A DNA stretch of 63,776 bases, the filler included, from Octopus bimaculoides (Eukaryota): the NCBI RefSeq assembly GCF_001194135.2. It is 8 parts of 8 records of this genome, joined end to end, with 100 filler letters (N's around TTAATTAATTAA, not from the genome) between each part and the next. Parts side by side here need not be neighbours in the genome. Positions count along the whole stretch, not along the records: positions 20,361 to 51,012 come from NC_068993.1; 7 more parts are not named here. One strand, written 5' to 3'. The notes beneath the pieces are model-generated. The model ran no database searches. It saw only the letters and a program-made list of their open reading frames with translations, and was not told the origin of the DNA. Positions 22,946-36,609 of this stretch are shown piece by piece. Position numbers and translations under genes: made by a program. Every line of letters begins with the position of its first letter. The first letter of the stretch is position 1.

Positions 22946-24119
22946 CATAGATGCCATTAGCTATATATATATATATATATATACATACATACATGCGTAG
23001 ATGCCATTAGCTTCTGCTATACCATTCACTTAGTTCCACATTAGTGCATGATACACGTTATTGGTTTGAAATCGTTAGTTATATTACATTTTTGGGGGTG
23101 GAGGGGAGGGAGAGAAGGTGTACCTTTGAATTATTTTTGTCTTTACTATTGCTACCATCACCCTTACTACTACTACTACTACTGCTCCTGGTACTACTAC
23201 TNNNNNNNNNNNNNNNNNNNNNNNNNNNNNNNNNNNNNNNNNNNNNNNNNNNNNNNNNNNNNNNNNNNNNNNNNNNNNNNNNNNNNNNNNNNNNNNNNNN
23301 NNNNNNNNNNNNNNNNNNNNNNNNNNNNNNNNNNNNNNNNNNNNNNNNNNNNNNNNNNNNNNNNNNNNNNNNNNNNNNNNNNNNNNNNNNNNNNNNNNNN
23401 NNNNNNNNNNNNNNNNNNNNNNNNNNNNNNNNNNNNNNNNNNNNNNNNNNNNNNNNNNNNNNNNNNNNNNNNNNNNNNNNNNNNNNNNNNNNNNNNNNNN
23501 NNNNNNNNNNNNNNNNNNNNNNNNNNNNNNNNNNNNNNNNNNNNNNNNNNNNNNNNNNNNNNNNNNNNNNNNNNNNNNNNNNNNNNNNNNNNNNNNNNNN
23601 NNNNNNNNNNNNNNNNNNNNNNNNNNNNNNNNNNNNNNNNNNNNNNNNNNNNNNNNNNNNNNNNNNNNNNNNNNNNNNNNNNNNNNNNNNNNNNNNNNNN
23701 NNNNNNNNNNNNNNNNNNNNNNNNNNNNNNNNNNNNNNNNNNNNNNNNNNNNNNNNNNNNNNNNNNNNNNNNNNNNNNNNNNNNNNNNNNNNNNNNNNNN
23801 NNNNNNNNNNNNNNNNNNTATATATATATATATATATATATATCCTTCAATAACTCCGAATTTCTGATGCTTATATGGCTGACATAATGTTATTTACGCC
23901 ATTATAACAACATGGTGTGTGCGGACAGTTATAGCAAAACAGCACAGCCAACAAAATTATTTTAGCAGTTTTCGACACTTCATAATGTTCCACTCGTCAA
24001 TATTTTTGTTGAAGATTTTATTTCTGCTTAAGCAAACGTCGCACTTTCCATTACACTATATGTATGTATGTACGTTTGTATGTATATATGTATGTTCTTG
24101 AGGATGTTGCTGCTGCTGC

Positions 24120-24168
<49 letters not shown>

Positions 24169-24332
24169 ATCATTATTATTATTATTGATGTTGTTTATTT
24201 CATCTTAAATAGATGCCGCTCTTTTCATTTGACTTTGTTATTTTCTTTTTTTTATTTGTTTATTTGTTTTCCATTTCTTATTTTATTTCCATTCTATCTT
24301 TACGTTTCATCAAATCTTCGAGCTTTTATTTT

Positions 24333-24591
24333 TTTACTTGCTTGTGTTATCTGACTGCGGCAATGCCCGAGCACCACCTTCAAGGGTTTAATAACTAAAC
24401 CCTAGTTGAACAAATCGAGCCCAGCCCTTATTCTATTGGTCTCTTTTTTTATGAGTTGCAAAATTACAGGGGCGTAAACAAGCAGTAGTGGGGTACGAAC
24501 ACATACACAAACACATTCAGAAACACACACACACATACACATACACATATATGTATGTATATATAAGTATTTAGATGTGGGGAGGGGGGCG

Positions 24592-24643
<52 letters not shown>

Positions 24644-24730
24644 CGATGGGCTTCTTTTAGTTTTCGTCTAAGAAATCCTTACACAAGGCTTTGGTTGGTC
24701 CGCAAATCAAACTTCTTACCGTACAGCCAC
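24333..24730 (-). mobile_element. SINE family A, decayed
   Basis: Tail, (TG)n and head remnants in reverse orientation. Confidence 0.8.
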
Positions 24731-25089
24731 GTCTATATGTACGTGTGTCCCCTCTCTCTCTCTCTCTCTCTCGCTCNNNNNNNNNNNNNNNNNNNNNNNN
24801 NNNNNNNNNNNNNNNNNNNNNNNNNNNNNNNNNNNNNNNNNNNNNNNNNNNNNNNNNNNNNNNNNNNNNNNNNNNNNNNNNNNNNNNNNNNNNNNNNNNN
24901 NNNNNNNNNNNNNNNNNNNNNNNNNNNNNNNNNNNNNNNNNNNNNNNNNNNNNNNNNNNNNNNNNNNNNNNNNNNNNNNNNNNNNNNNNNNNNNNNNNNN
25001 NNNNNNNNNNNNNNNNNNNNNNNNNNNNNNNNNNNNNNNNNNNNNNNNNNNNNNNNNNNNNNNNNNNNNNNNNTATATATATATATATG

Positions 25090-25392
25090 AGGAGACCTCT
25101 TTCGGTCTTGAATGACCATGGGATTGCACCTAGAAAGTTACCCTCCGAGGTACGAGTCCGGGTAAGGTGGAAGGCCAGCAGTCGCCCATGCATACCAGCC
25201 TCCCCTCTGATGTTATCCAAGGGAAAGGCAAAGGTCGATACAGCTTGGCACCAGTGACGTCGCAACTCATTTCTACAGCTGAGTGAACTGGAGCAACGTG
25301 AAATAAAGTGTCTTGCTCATGAACCCAACACGCAGCCCGGTAAGGGAATCGAACTCACAATTTCACGATCGTAAGCTCGACGCTCTAGCCAC
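25090..25392 (-). mobile_element. SINE family E (family C-type head, distinct tail)
   Basis: Head gtggctagagcg...gagttcgattccc, core agcaagacactttatttcacgttgctccag, tail actttctaggtgcaatcccatggtcattc. Confidence 0.88.
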
Positions 25393-25399
25393 ACATATA

Positions 25400-25580
25400 T
25401 GCGTGTGTGTTTGTCCTCCACTATTATTTGACAACCGATGTTGGTATGCTTATGTCCCCATAACGTAAAGAGACCAATAGAATAAGTACTAGGCTTACAA
25501 AGAATAAGTCCTGAGGTCGTGTTCTTCAACTAAAACCGTTTAAGGCGTTACTCCAGCATGACCGCAGTCGAATGACATAA
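25400..25580 (+). mobile_element. SINE family A tail
   Basis: ttgacaaccgatgttgg...aaacaagtaaaagtaaaaga. Confidence 0.85.
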
Positions 25581-26074
25581 ACAAGTAAAAGTAAAAGAAT
25601 ATATACACACACACAAACACATATATATCACTGTTTATTTATTTTTGTTACTCCTTAAACGCGCATTGCTTTTTTGTATGGCTCGTATTTTCGTTTGTGC
25701 TTGTTTGTGTGTGGATGTTATGCATTTACGTGTTTATATATATGGGGCCGTGTATATGTCAGTATGCTTTGTTGTTTTTGTCCATGCATGTCTTTATCAT
25801 GTTACACATCACAACCATTGAATGACTAAAAAAGCTGAAATTATGATAATTACAGAATCAAGTTAATTTGACATCAAATCAAAACTTTACGGTTTTCCTT
25901 GCTTCTTTTCTTTATAATTATAAGAAAATGCCTACAATACTAAACGGATTTCATTCACACTTTACTTAATCACAACCAAAACACATTGGTGTATGTTTTT
26001 GGTAGTATTACTAGTACACAGAAACTGTGTTTATAAGTAGCTTTTAGCTGTTTATAGCTCTACAAAGTAAACAT

Positions 26075-26237
26075 TCTTTTACTCTTTTACTTGTTTCAGT
26101 TATTTGACTACTGCCATGCTGGAGCACCGCTTTTAGTCGAGCAAATGGACCCCAGGACTTATTCTTTGTAAGCCTAGTACTTGTTCTATCGGTCCCTTTT
26201 GCCGAACCGCTAAGTTACGAGACGTAAATAAACCAGT
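26075..26237 (-). mobile_element. SINE family A tail
   Basis: Reverse family A 3' half, cut off by a gap. Confidence 0.9.
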
Positions 26238-27694
26238 NNNNNNNNNNNNNNNNNNNNNNNNNNNNNNNNNNNNNNNNNNNNNNNNNNNNNNNNNNNNNNN
26301 NNNNNNNNNNNNNNNNNNNNNNNNNNNNNNNNNNNNNNNNNNNNNNNNNNNNNNNNNNNNNNNNNNNNNNNNNNNNNNNNNNNNNNNNNNNNNNNNNNNN
26401 NNNNNNNNNNNNNNNNNNNNNNNNNNNNNNNNNNNNNNNNNNNNNNNNNNNNNNNNNNNNNNNNNNNNNNNNNNNNNNNNNNNNNNNNNNNNNNNNNNNN
26501 NNNNNNNNNNNNNNNNNNNNNNNNNNNNNNNNNNNNNNNNNNNNNNNNNNNNNNNNNNNNNNNNNNNNNNNNNNNNNNNNNNNNNNNNNNNNNNNNNNNN
26601 NNNNNNNNNNNNNNNNNNNNNNNNNNNNNNNNNNNNNNNNNNNNNNNNNNNNNNNNNNNNNNNNNNNNNNNNNNNNNNNNNNNNNNNNNNNNNNNNNNNN
26701 NNNNNNNNNNNNNNNNNNNNNNNNNNNNNNNNNNNNNNNNNNNNNNNNNNNNNNNNNNNNNNNNNNNNNNNNNNNNNNNNNNNNNNNNNNNNNNNNNNNN
26801 NNNNNNNNNNNNNNNNNNNNNNNNNNNNNNNNNNNNNNNNNNNNNNNNNNNNNNNNNNNNNNNNNNNNNNNNNNNNNNNNNNNNNNNNNNNNNNNNNNNN
26901 NNNNNNNNNNNNNNNNNNNNNNNNNNNNNNNNNNNNNNNNNNNNNNNNNNNNNNNNNNNNNNNNNNNNATATATATATATATATACATATACATATACAC
27001 GTGTGTGTGTTTGTGTATGTGACAAGATGACGTGACGGAAACGTCACCAAATCCCATTACAATTCTTGTCATGACATGTTCTAGTTAGCGTGTAATTTCA
27101 GTTTTAGGAAAGAGGGGTCGGTCTCTTAATATTCGTGATACTTCTGGAAGGGACTATTGACAAAATAGGGGTCCCGGGTCTATCAGTATAAGCAGTGTAT
27201 CCCATAGGGAGAAACACACATGTTTCTAGTTATCAATGATCCAGAAATACGTTTGTTTGTTTGTTTGATTTTGTTTTAAGGCAAAAAATATTTCAACCTG
27301 GTTTGGAGAATATCTATTTTTTTCCCCTTATTGTAGGCTTTTAGATGAAACACATGCACAAACAAATAATCATATATATATAGATAGATGTAATAACCTT
27401 CTATATTTTATATTAAATGTATATACACTGCAGACAGCCTTTTTACAGCGGTTTTGCTCTAAGTTTATAGGCTTGCTGTATATAACAGAGAGAGACGAAA
27501 AATCGTCCTGGCGGAAGTGTGTAATCGAGTTCGCCACATGCGTAAACCAGATTTCACGCCTCTGATATAAGAAACACTGAATGAACCATTTACTGGCATT
27601 GCAAATAGCCGCTGAGTTGAATAAATATTCTGATTGACGTAACTGAAGCTGTATTAAAATACTTTCAAATTCTGACCTAAGGCCAGCAAAATCG

Positions 27695-27874
27695 CGGGAA
27701 GGGGTTAGTCGATTACATCGACCCCAGTGATCCACTGGTAGTTAGTTTATGAGCTTTGAAAGAATAAAAGGCAAAATCGACGTCGGCAGTATTTGAACTC
27801 AGAACTTAAAGACGAACGAAATTTCGGTAAGCGATTTTGCTAACATGCTAACCATTCTGCCAGTTCGCCACCTT
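27695..27874 (-). mobile_element. SINE family B (short-tail variant)
   Basis: Reverse head and core. Confidence 0.85.
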
Positions 27875-28055
27875 GCAGAAGTATTAAATTAAAATAGCAA
27901 AATATGTATTATACCTTATGTATATAATTCGTTGGCGAGCAAGTTGCGTGTTTCGTCTAAGATAAAAGTCTTTTGTAGCCATTCGGTGTTTAAAAACACA
28001 ATATATATCAAGAGTCAAAAAATCGTACTAGCACAGATGCCTACATATATGCATA

Positions 28056-28105
<50 letters not shown>

Positions 28106-28817
28106 TGCACACGCACAAACACACATACATACATACATACATACATACATACATACATGAAATTCCAATGACGGAGCATTGGATCTAGGTTAGAAACCGG
28201 TTCTTTCACTATTGGCAAGAAATCTAAAATAAAACTGAATAATGACATACATACATACATACATACATACATACATACATACATACATAATACGTACGTA
28301 CGTATTAATTCTTGCATGCATAAATCCGTAGATTAGAGAAATCTCTACGCCATTTCTCCTGTCAAACTATATATGACATTTTCGAAATATTAATCAATTA
28401 GTCTTTTATTTAGCATTTACACAAACTTCGCTAACTAACACACAACAAGCTGAATGAGCAATATAACAGCAGGCTGTTGTTTTAAGGGCTCTGTAAAGTT
28501 TTGACACGTGATTAATTAACGGAAAATCTTTAATTACACCTCAGGGAAATGTATTATTTGGTAGCAAACAGACATGAGGAATTTACGCTGGTGTTATGTG
28601 TGTGTATGTGTGTGTATGAATGTGTGTGTGTGTGTGTGTGTCTGAGTGTGTGTGTGTATGTGTGTGTCTATGTGTGTGTGTGTGCTTGCGTGTGTGCGTG
28701 CGCACAGGCGCGTGCGTGTTGAGTGTTACTTCGTGTTGAAATTATAACTGGTGAAAAGGTATTTGGATATCAGTGTTTTTAATGCGGGAATCTCTTACGG
28801 ATATTGGATGTTGAATT

Positions 28818-28818
<1 letters not shown>

Positions 28819-28886
<68 letters not shown>

Positions 28887-29054
28887 TGTTAAAAATAAAA
28901 CTACTGAACAATAATAATAATAACAATAATAATAATAGTAATAATAATATCCTCATTAACTTTATTATCACCATTATTATTGCTGGTTTTATTATTTTTT
29001 CTTGTTGATATTATTATTATCATTGTTGTTCTTGTTATTATAATAATAATAATA

Positions 29055-29132
<78 letters not shown>
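28819..29132. repeat. (AAT)n followed by (ATT)n tracts
   Basis: Direct reading. The tracts are mutually complementary. Confidence 0.95.
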
Positions 29133-29136
29133 ATTA

Positions 29137-29315
29137 AGGCGGTGAGCTGACAGAATCGTTAGCACGTTGGATGAAACGCTTGGCGGTATTTCCCCCGGCG
29201 CTACGTTCTGAGTTCAAGTTCCGCTGAGGTCGACTTTGCCTTTTATCCTTTCGGGGTCGATAAATTAAATAGCAGTAAAACACTGGGGTCGATGTAATCG
29301 ACTTATCCCCACCCC
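29137..29315 (+). mobile_element. SINE family B (short-tail variant)
   Basis: Head and core after an (ATT)n tract. Confidence 0.88.
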
Positions 29316-29344
29316 CAAAATGGTTAGTAAATTGTTTTTTCTCC

Positions 29345-30330
29345 TTTGAGACAGAATGAAGCTTTTTACACCTCTCGTGATTTTCAACAGGTTGCAGCAT
29401 TCAGTAGTTAGTTGCTTCAAGTTATTTGGTCAATCCACTTGTAGTGATTTTGTAAAAGAGTTCAGATTGAATCAAGCCTCTACCTCCTTGATCTCTGCGA
29501 AGGTAAAGCCGATCCACATTTGCCTTTGGATCGTACATCTTATTGCAAGTCAGCAGCTTAGGTATTTCTCTGTCAATTTTTCTTATTTCACTGATATTCC
29601 AGTTCAACACATTAAAGTTATAAGTAACAACTGGAATTGCTAAAGAATTTATGTGCATTTTGCTCATATTTTGGGTCTGCTCGAACTCTCCTATAACATT
29701 CCTTCCTGATCTTACATGCTTACATGCTAAATGCCAGAGCCTTCATTTATTCCTAAATATTTCTAGGTTTGTTCTTGCTAAAGTTCTTCTATAACTATGT
29801 CAACATCTAACATGACTGAATTTGTGGTCTTCAATTTCCCTTTCTGGAAAGTGGCCTTGGCACACTTATCAAGATTAAACCCGTCCCGATGTCATCACTG
29901 AATGCTTTCTCAGTATGTAATAGGCCTTCAAGCTTATCATTGTCTTTGCCATAATTTTAAGTCATCCATTTAAAATTGATGGCTTATTTACTTGTTGTCG
30001 ATTTTATATACATACTCTGTTCAGCCAAGTTCATTTGTAAGGGGTATTATGGCTACACAAAATATAAGAGGTGAAAGTGAGTCACCTTGGGAAATTCTAC
30101 AGTTGATATTAATAGTGTTTGAAGTCAGAACTCCATTAGATTGGTATAACTGGAGATTTGTATTCCACAGTGATATGTTCTGCTTCAATTTTTTTGAAAT
30201 TACAGGATAAATTTTGAAAATGTCCAGCGATTTCAAATCCATGAATGTGATATAATATCAAGTGCCTTTCTGTTATCAATCCATGCGGAACTTATATTCC
30301 TGTGCTTGTTATGACAGTTCCCAAGGATCA
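29345..30330 (-). mobile_element. R4/Dong-like (RLE-clade) non-LTR retrotransposon RT fragment
   Basis: ISQGDSLSPLIFC, MDDLKL, FNLDKCAKATF and INSLAIPVVTY...ANVDRLYLRRDQGGRGL. Frameshifted. Confidence 0.88.
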
Positions 30331-30466
30331 TTCGATTAATTAGGAGTTGATCTTTCCACCCATATGAACTGCATCGGCACTTTTACTATTCAGTGGAGAA
30401 AATATCGTTCTGTTCCATAAGTACACCTTCTTTACCATTTCAAAGACTGCGTTGTCTTCGCAGCTG

Positions 30467-30625
30467 TAGCTGTGTGGTAGGAAATTTGCTTCCCAGCCAC
30501 ATGGTTCCAGTTTCAATCCTCCTGTATGGCAAATTGGGCAACTGTCTTCTACTCTAGCCTCGGGCCGAGCAAAGCCTTCCGAGTGGATTTGGTAAACGGA
30601 AACTAAAAGAAGCCCGTCGTGTATA
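30467..30625 (+). mobile_element. SINE family A 5' half
   Basis: Head through gaagcccgtcg, then (TATG)n. Confidence 0.85.
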
Positions 30626-31040
30626 TGTGTGTGTGTGCGGGAGTGTATATGCGTGTATGGATGTATGTATGCATATATGTATGTATATATGCATGTATGG
30701 ATGTATGTATGCATGCATGTATGTATGTATGTATGTATGTATGTATGTATGTATGTATGTATGTGTGGTACAGTTTTTCTTTTGTAAGCATATATTAAAA
30801 ATACTACTGTGGTCTCGGTCTCGTTCTGTTTGCACTTCATCATAATTCTAAAGTNNNNNNNNNNNNNNNNNNNNNNNNNNNNNNNNNNNNNNNNNNNNNN
30901 NNNNNNNNNNNNNNNNNNNNNNNNNNNNNNNNNNNNNNNNNNNNNNNNNNNNNNNNNNNNNNNNNNNNNNNNNNNNNNNNNNNNNNNNNNNNNNNNNNNN
31001 NNNNNNNNNNNNNNNNNNNNNNNNNNNNNNNNNNNNNNNN

Positions 31041-31078
<38 letters not shown>

Positions 31079-31714
31079 CACACACAGATACATATGTGTG
31101 TGTGTGTGTACATACACACTGGTATGTACTTACATATATACATACGTATACATATATTTTTTTTATTATTTATATATGTATGTATGTGTGTGTGTGTTTG
31201 TGTATGTGTGTATGTACATATGTATGTATATATGCATAGGCTAACAACGCACAGAGAGACACAGAGAAAAATATTTCAGCATGAACTCATTAATTAATTG
31301 ATATTAGTTAAATATACGACACCACCTAATATTTTTTAATGACTAACCTATTGCTTGCCTGTTGTTGCTGCTGTTGTTATTGTTGTTATTTTGTTACGAT
31401 TTGTTTTTTGCTTTACTTCCTAATTACTAATTAGTCTCTTGATAAACGTAGTCTAATCAAAGCTGCAGATATCTATTTCGTTTTGATCTGTTTTTATAGA
31501 TATATTTTTTAACATCTGGTGAACTGTTTTGTTTTTTTTTTGCCTTCCATCTAATTGTTTTGTACAAGCGAGAACGTGTTTGTATGTAGATGTATGTGTG
31601 TGTGGAGAAAGAGACAGAGAAAGAGAAAGTGTGAGAGAGAGAAAGAAAGAAAAAAAGATATAGAAAGAGAGAAAGAGAAATTGAGACCAAGGGGTGAGGG
31701 AAGGAGCTGGAGAC

Positions 31715-31762
<48 letters not shown>

Positions 31763-32004
31763 TTAAAGATAGATAGATAGATACTAACACATACATAAAC
31801 ATCACTCTAAACATACAGCAGCCATCTTGATAGCGCGGTTTTTCAGTAATATACACCACACGCACACACACACACACACACATACACACGTTCGCGCATA
31901 CACGCACACACATACATACATGCACGCGCCAATATCACACCAGTGTACACTAGAGAACTAGACAGTGTAGTCCTCAGTAATATTTTCCACACACACACAC
32001 GTAA

Positions 32005-32046
<42 letters not shown>

Positions 32047-32405
32047 CAAAGAATATACATACATGTATACACACATATATGTACATACTTACATCTACAT
32101 GTGTATATACCTGCATATCAGGGTACAGGACGTTAGAACAATAAACTACAGACAACGGAACGAACACAAAGGAAAACGGAAAGCCACTTGGAATATCCCT
32201 TCATCAGCTGTCTCTATTCTATCTAGACGTTTCGNNNNNNNNNNNNNNNNNNNNNNNNNNNNNNNNNNNNNNNNNNNNNNNNNNNNNNNNNNNNNNNNNN
32301 NNNNNNNNNNNNNNNNNNNNNNNNNNNNNNNNNNNNNNNNNNNNNNNNNNNNNNNNNNNNNNNNNNNNNNNNNNNNNNNNNNNNNNNNNNNNNNNNNNNN
32401 NNNNN

Positions 32406-32448
<43 letters not shown>

Positions 32449-32477
32449 CACATACACACACGAAAATACATATATAA

Positions 32478-32509
<32 letters not shown>

Positions 32510-32564
32510 TCTGACATTTTAGCAATACACATCAGACAACTAAATAGTCGTCCCCAGTATTATA

Positions 32565-32606
<42 letters not shown>

Positions 32607-32645
32607 GTACACACGTACACACAGAGACATCAAGCCAATACTCAC

Positions 32646-32686
32646 CTGACACTCAGTCACTGTATTATCGATCTTCAATTTGAAAA
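32646..32686 (-). CDS. Candidate exon (41 nt): (V)FKLKIDNTVTECQ
   Basis: Acceptor tttttattttgtgtcttctaacag and consensus donor CAG|GTGAGT. In frame with the phase-1 reading of the 36610-36720 exon. Confidence 0.45.
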
Positions 32687-33185
32687 CTGTTAGAAGACAC
32701 AAAATAAAAAAAAAAGAACATGGCCGACAGATATCTCTGATTATAACATTATTATTTACTTAGCTTAACATAAATATTAACTTATATCGTCTTAATATCT
32801 AATATAAACAAAAATAGCGAAGCAGTAGAAAAGTTAAAGTTGCCGTCTATATTCCGATATTTTTCTATATTTCTCTCTCAATATTGAATTCTGTTCGTCT
32901 ACTATAGTCAGTGTTCTGAAGTTCAGATGGCGCTGCTAACGATTTTGCGTTTTAGTTTTATGATTATATCCGACGTAGATCGTTGGGTCAGATAAATGGC
33001 GTTGTGTTTATATCTGGAGCCTCTACAATTCGCTCGACATGCTAGAATCAGCAGCCAATCTTATTCGAAGCAACGTCCTTTATCATATCTGTCCTCGTTT
33101 ATCAAGGTTATTTGTATTTTTGTTTTGTTTTTGTTTTTTTTTTCTAAACATTATTTTAAATGAATCTGCGATAAATAAACATAGT

Positions 33186-33590
33186 CGCAGGCGTAGATGT
33201 GTAGTAAGAAGATTACTTCCCAACCACATGGTTCCGGGTTCAGTCCTACTGCGTGGCACTTTGGGCAAGTGTCTTCTACTATAGCCTCGAGCCGACCAAA
33301 GCCGTGTGAGTGGATTTACTAGACGGAAACTGAAAGAAGTTTATCGTATATATATATGTGTGTGTGAGTGTGTGTGTGTGTGTGTGTTAGTCTTTGTGTG
33401 TGTTTGTGCCCCATCACCGCTTGACAACCGATGTTGGTGTGTTTACCTCCCCGTAATCTAGTGGTTCGACAAAAAAAGATCGTAAGCTTTAAAATAAGTC
33501 CTGGGGTCGAATTGTTCGACTAAAATCCTTCAATCCTCCAGCATGGCCGCAGTCAAATGACTGAAACAAGTAAAAGAAATAAAAAGAAGA
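33186..33590 (+). mobile_element. SINE family A, full length
   Basis: Same head, internal (TG)n and tail as the 14871 copy. Confidence 0.92.
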
Positions 33591-33989
33591 AAAGAAGATA
33601 TGGGAAAAATTGGTTCGTATGTATATATATATNNNNNNNNNNNNNNNNNNNNNNNNNNNNNNNNNNNNNNNNNNNNNNNNNNNNNNNNNNNNNNNNNNNN
33701 NNNNNNNNNNNNNNNNNNNNNNNNNNNNNNNNNNNNNNNNNNNNNNNNNNNNNNNNNNNNNNNNNNNNNNNNNNNNNNNNNNNNNNNNNNNNNNNNNNNN
33801 NNNNNNNNNNNNNNNNNNNNNNNNNNNNNNNNNNNNNNNNNNNNNNNNNNNNNNNNNNNNNNNNNNNNNNNNNNNNNNNNNNNNNNNNNNNNNNNNNNNN
33901 NNNNNNNNNNNNNNNNNNNNNNNNNNNNNNNNNNNNNNNNNNNNNNGTGTGTGTGTCTGTGTCTGTGTGTGTGTGTGTGCGCGCGCGTA

Positions 33990-34530
33990 GCCGTCCCGCC
34001 ACGTCACAACAGTAAACAAAATCTTTTCCAGTTGTAAAGAATGCCAAGAGATCTTTTTCTTTGTTCCGATATAAAAAAAAGTCACGTTTGTTTCTTTCTG
34101 CAACAAATTCTTCTATTTAAGCCTAGAAGCTAACAGTTCTGATAACTCTTTTGACAGCTCTAGGTCTCTAACTAAATCATTAAGTTCTTTCTGGTTGAAG
34201 TTTCCACGTTCTTTGGTTGATGTTTCTACAAAGTCTATATCACTGTCATGTTCATTATTTATTATCTACTTCACATATATCACTTTCACCTTGCAGTGAA
34301 GGAAGATCCTTGAAAATGGGAACTGGCATTTCATCTGAGTGAAGCACTGGATGAATTACTGAATCCAGATTTTCTGTCAGGTTCTCTTGCGATAACAAGA
34401 AGTCTATGTGAGACAATAGTAGCAATAGTTTACATGGTTCTTTGGCTCCCACCATATCATAGGAATGCCAAATGTTAGTTGTTTTCTTGTGCCCTTTGTC
34501 CTTTGAATTTGCATTTATATGTTATGAGCA
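33990..34530 (-). mobile_element. Chapaev3-like (CMC superfamily) transposase fragment
   Basis: WTKGTRKQLTFGIPMIWWEPKNHVNYCYYC, HPVLHSDEMPVP and FNQKELNDLVRDLELSKELSELLASRLK*KNLL. Family assignment is from memory of these motifs. Confidence 0.65.
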
Positions 34531-34598
34531 TAATTTCATCAGAAACAACGATATACCTTAAGATGTTACATGCGACTTCGTGCCAGCAGACTATTATT

Positions 34599-34630
<32 letters not shown>

Positions 34631-36176
34631 CATACAAACATATATATATNNNNNNNNNNNNNNNNNNNNNNNNNNNNNNNNNNNNNNNNNNNNNNNNNNN
34701 NNNNNNNNNNNNNNNNNNNNNNNNNNNNNNNNNNNNNNNNNNNNNNNNNNNNNNNNNNNNNNNNNNNNNNNNNNNNNNNNNNNNNNNNNNNNNNNNNNNN
34801 NNNNNNNNNNNNNNNNNNNNNNNNNNNNNNNNNNNNNNNNNNNNNNNNNNNNNNNNNNNNNNNNNNNNNNNNNNNNNNNNNNNNNNNNNNNNNNNNNNNN
34901 NNNNNNNNNNNNNNNNNNNNNNNNNNNNNNNNNNNNNNNNNNNNNNNNNNNNNNNNNNNNNNNNNNNNNNNNNNNNNNNNNNNNNNNNNNNNNNNNNNNN
35001 NNNNNNNNNNNNNNNNNNNNNNNNNNNNNNNNNNNNNNNNNNNNNNNNNNNNNNNNNNNNNNNNNNNNNNNNNNNNNNNNNNNNNNNNNNNNNNNNNNNN
35101 NNNNNNNNNNNNNNNNNNNNNNNNNNNNNNNNNNNNNNNNNNNNNNNNNNNNNNNNNNNNNNNNNNNNNNNNNNNNNNNNNNNNNNNNNNNNNNNNNNNN
35201 NNNNNNNNNNNNNNNNNNNNNNNNNNNNNNNNNNNNNNNNNNNNNNNNNNNNNNNNNNNNNNNNNNNNNNNNNNNNNNNNNNNNNNNNNNNNNNNNNNNN
35301 NNNNNNNNNNNNNNNNNNNNNNNNNNNNNNNNNNNNNNNNNNNNNNNNNNNNNNNNNNNNNNNNNNNNNNNNNNNNNNNNNNNNNNNNNNNNNNNNNNNN
35401 NNNNNNNNNNNNNNNNNNNNNNNNNNNNNNNNNNNNNNNNNNNNNNNNNNNNNNNNNNNNNNNNNNNNNNNNNACGGCAACAACGAACAAACCAACCCAA
35501 CCAAACAACACCACCACCACCATCACCACCACCACCACCACCACCATCACCACCACCACCATACCGAAACAACGAGACGGTACACGGTTTAGTGTATTTG
35601 TTGATGAATTTATAGGACAAACGCTCTGTCCAGATGATTCGGACGGTCAACATCATAGGAGACGAACTGGACAGATGACTGGTCAGAGAAAGATAATTCG
35701 ATTAAGTCGGTTAAAGCCATCGGCCAGAAGCCGGACCTTGTTTTACTAGGACAATAAATGTCACCTTTTGACATTGATGCAATAAACGACAAATTTAAAA
35801 AGTGATGACCAATGGCTGTGGTCATTTAGGTGGGCATGGATGTGTTGGTCAGTCTGTATGTCAGCTGGTTTTGTTGCAGTAATTCATTGCCAATATATGT
35901 ACGTGCGTGTGTATGCATATATATATATATGAATATGTCTGTGTATGTATATGTATGCGTGCATATATGTACATGTAGACATATATATATATATATATAT
36001 AGCTATATTTATGTAATATTTATTCGCACACACAGATACATGAATACACACATCCACTTCACATATATATGCATATATGGATGCACTCACATTCAAACAC
36101 TCATACAGGTACGCAGCGATACACATACACTTACAGCCACACATATATTACATAATTACATATATTATATCATATC

Positions 36177-36225
<49 letters not shown>

Positions 36226-36350
36226 CACACACACACACATTCACGTGCCGAGCGCCTTTATGAGTACATGCCCGTACACGTTACTGCATGTGCTTGTATG
36301 TATGTGTGTGTATGTATGTCAATATGTGTTTGTGTCAGTGTGAGTGTGTG

Positions 36351-36394
<44 letters not shown>

Positions 36395-36609
36395 CGGATG
36401 CACACACAAGAAGACAGACTGACAAACGGACAGACAAACGGACAGACAAACAGGCAACAAGACAGACAGACAGACAGACAGACAGATAGATAGATAGATA
36501 GCTAGATACATACATACATACATACATACATACATACATACATACACACATACATACACAGAAGTCTTGAGGCAGATCCAGCTTCTATTCTATGCACTTC
36601 TCCAATTAC

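Noticed and set aside
22807-23011. TAGATGCCATTAGC repeated three times with variable (TA)n spacers as a repeat-spacer system
   Set aside because: The spacers are pure microsatellite, best explained by slippage or local duplication.
27370-27735. 121-aa minus-strand ORF
   Set aside because: Starts inside a SINE B copy. No recognisable domain or convincing splice sites.
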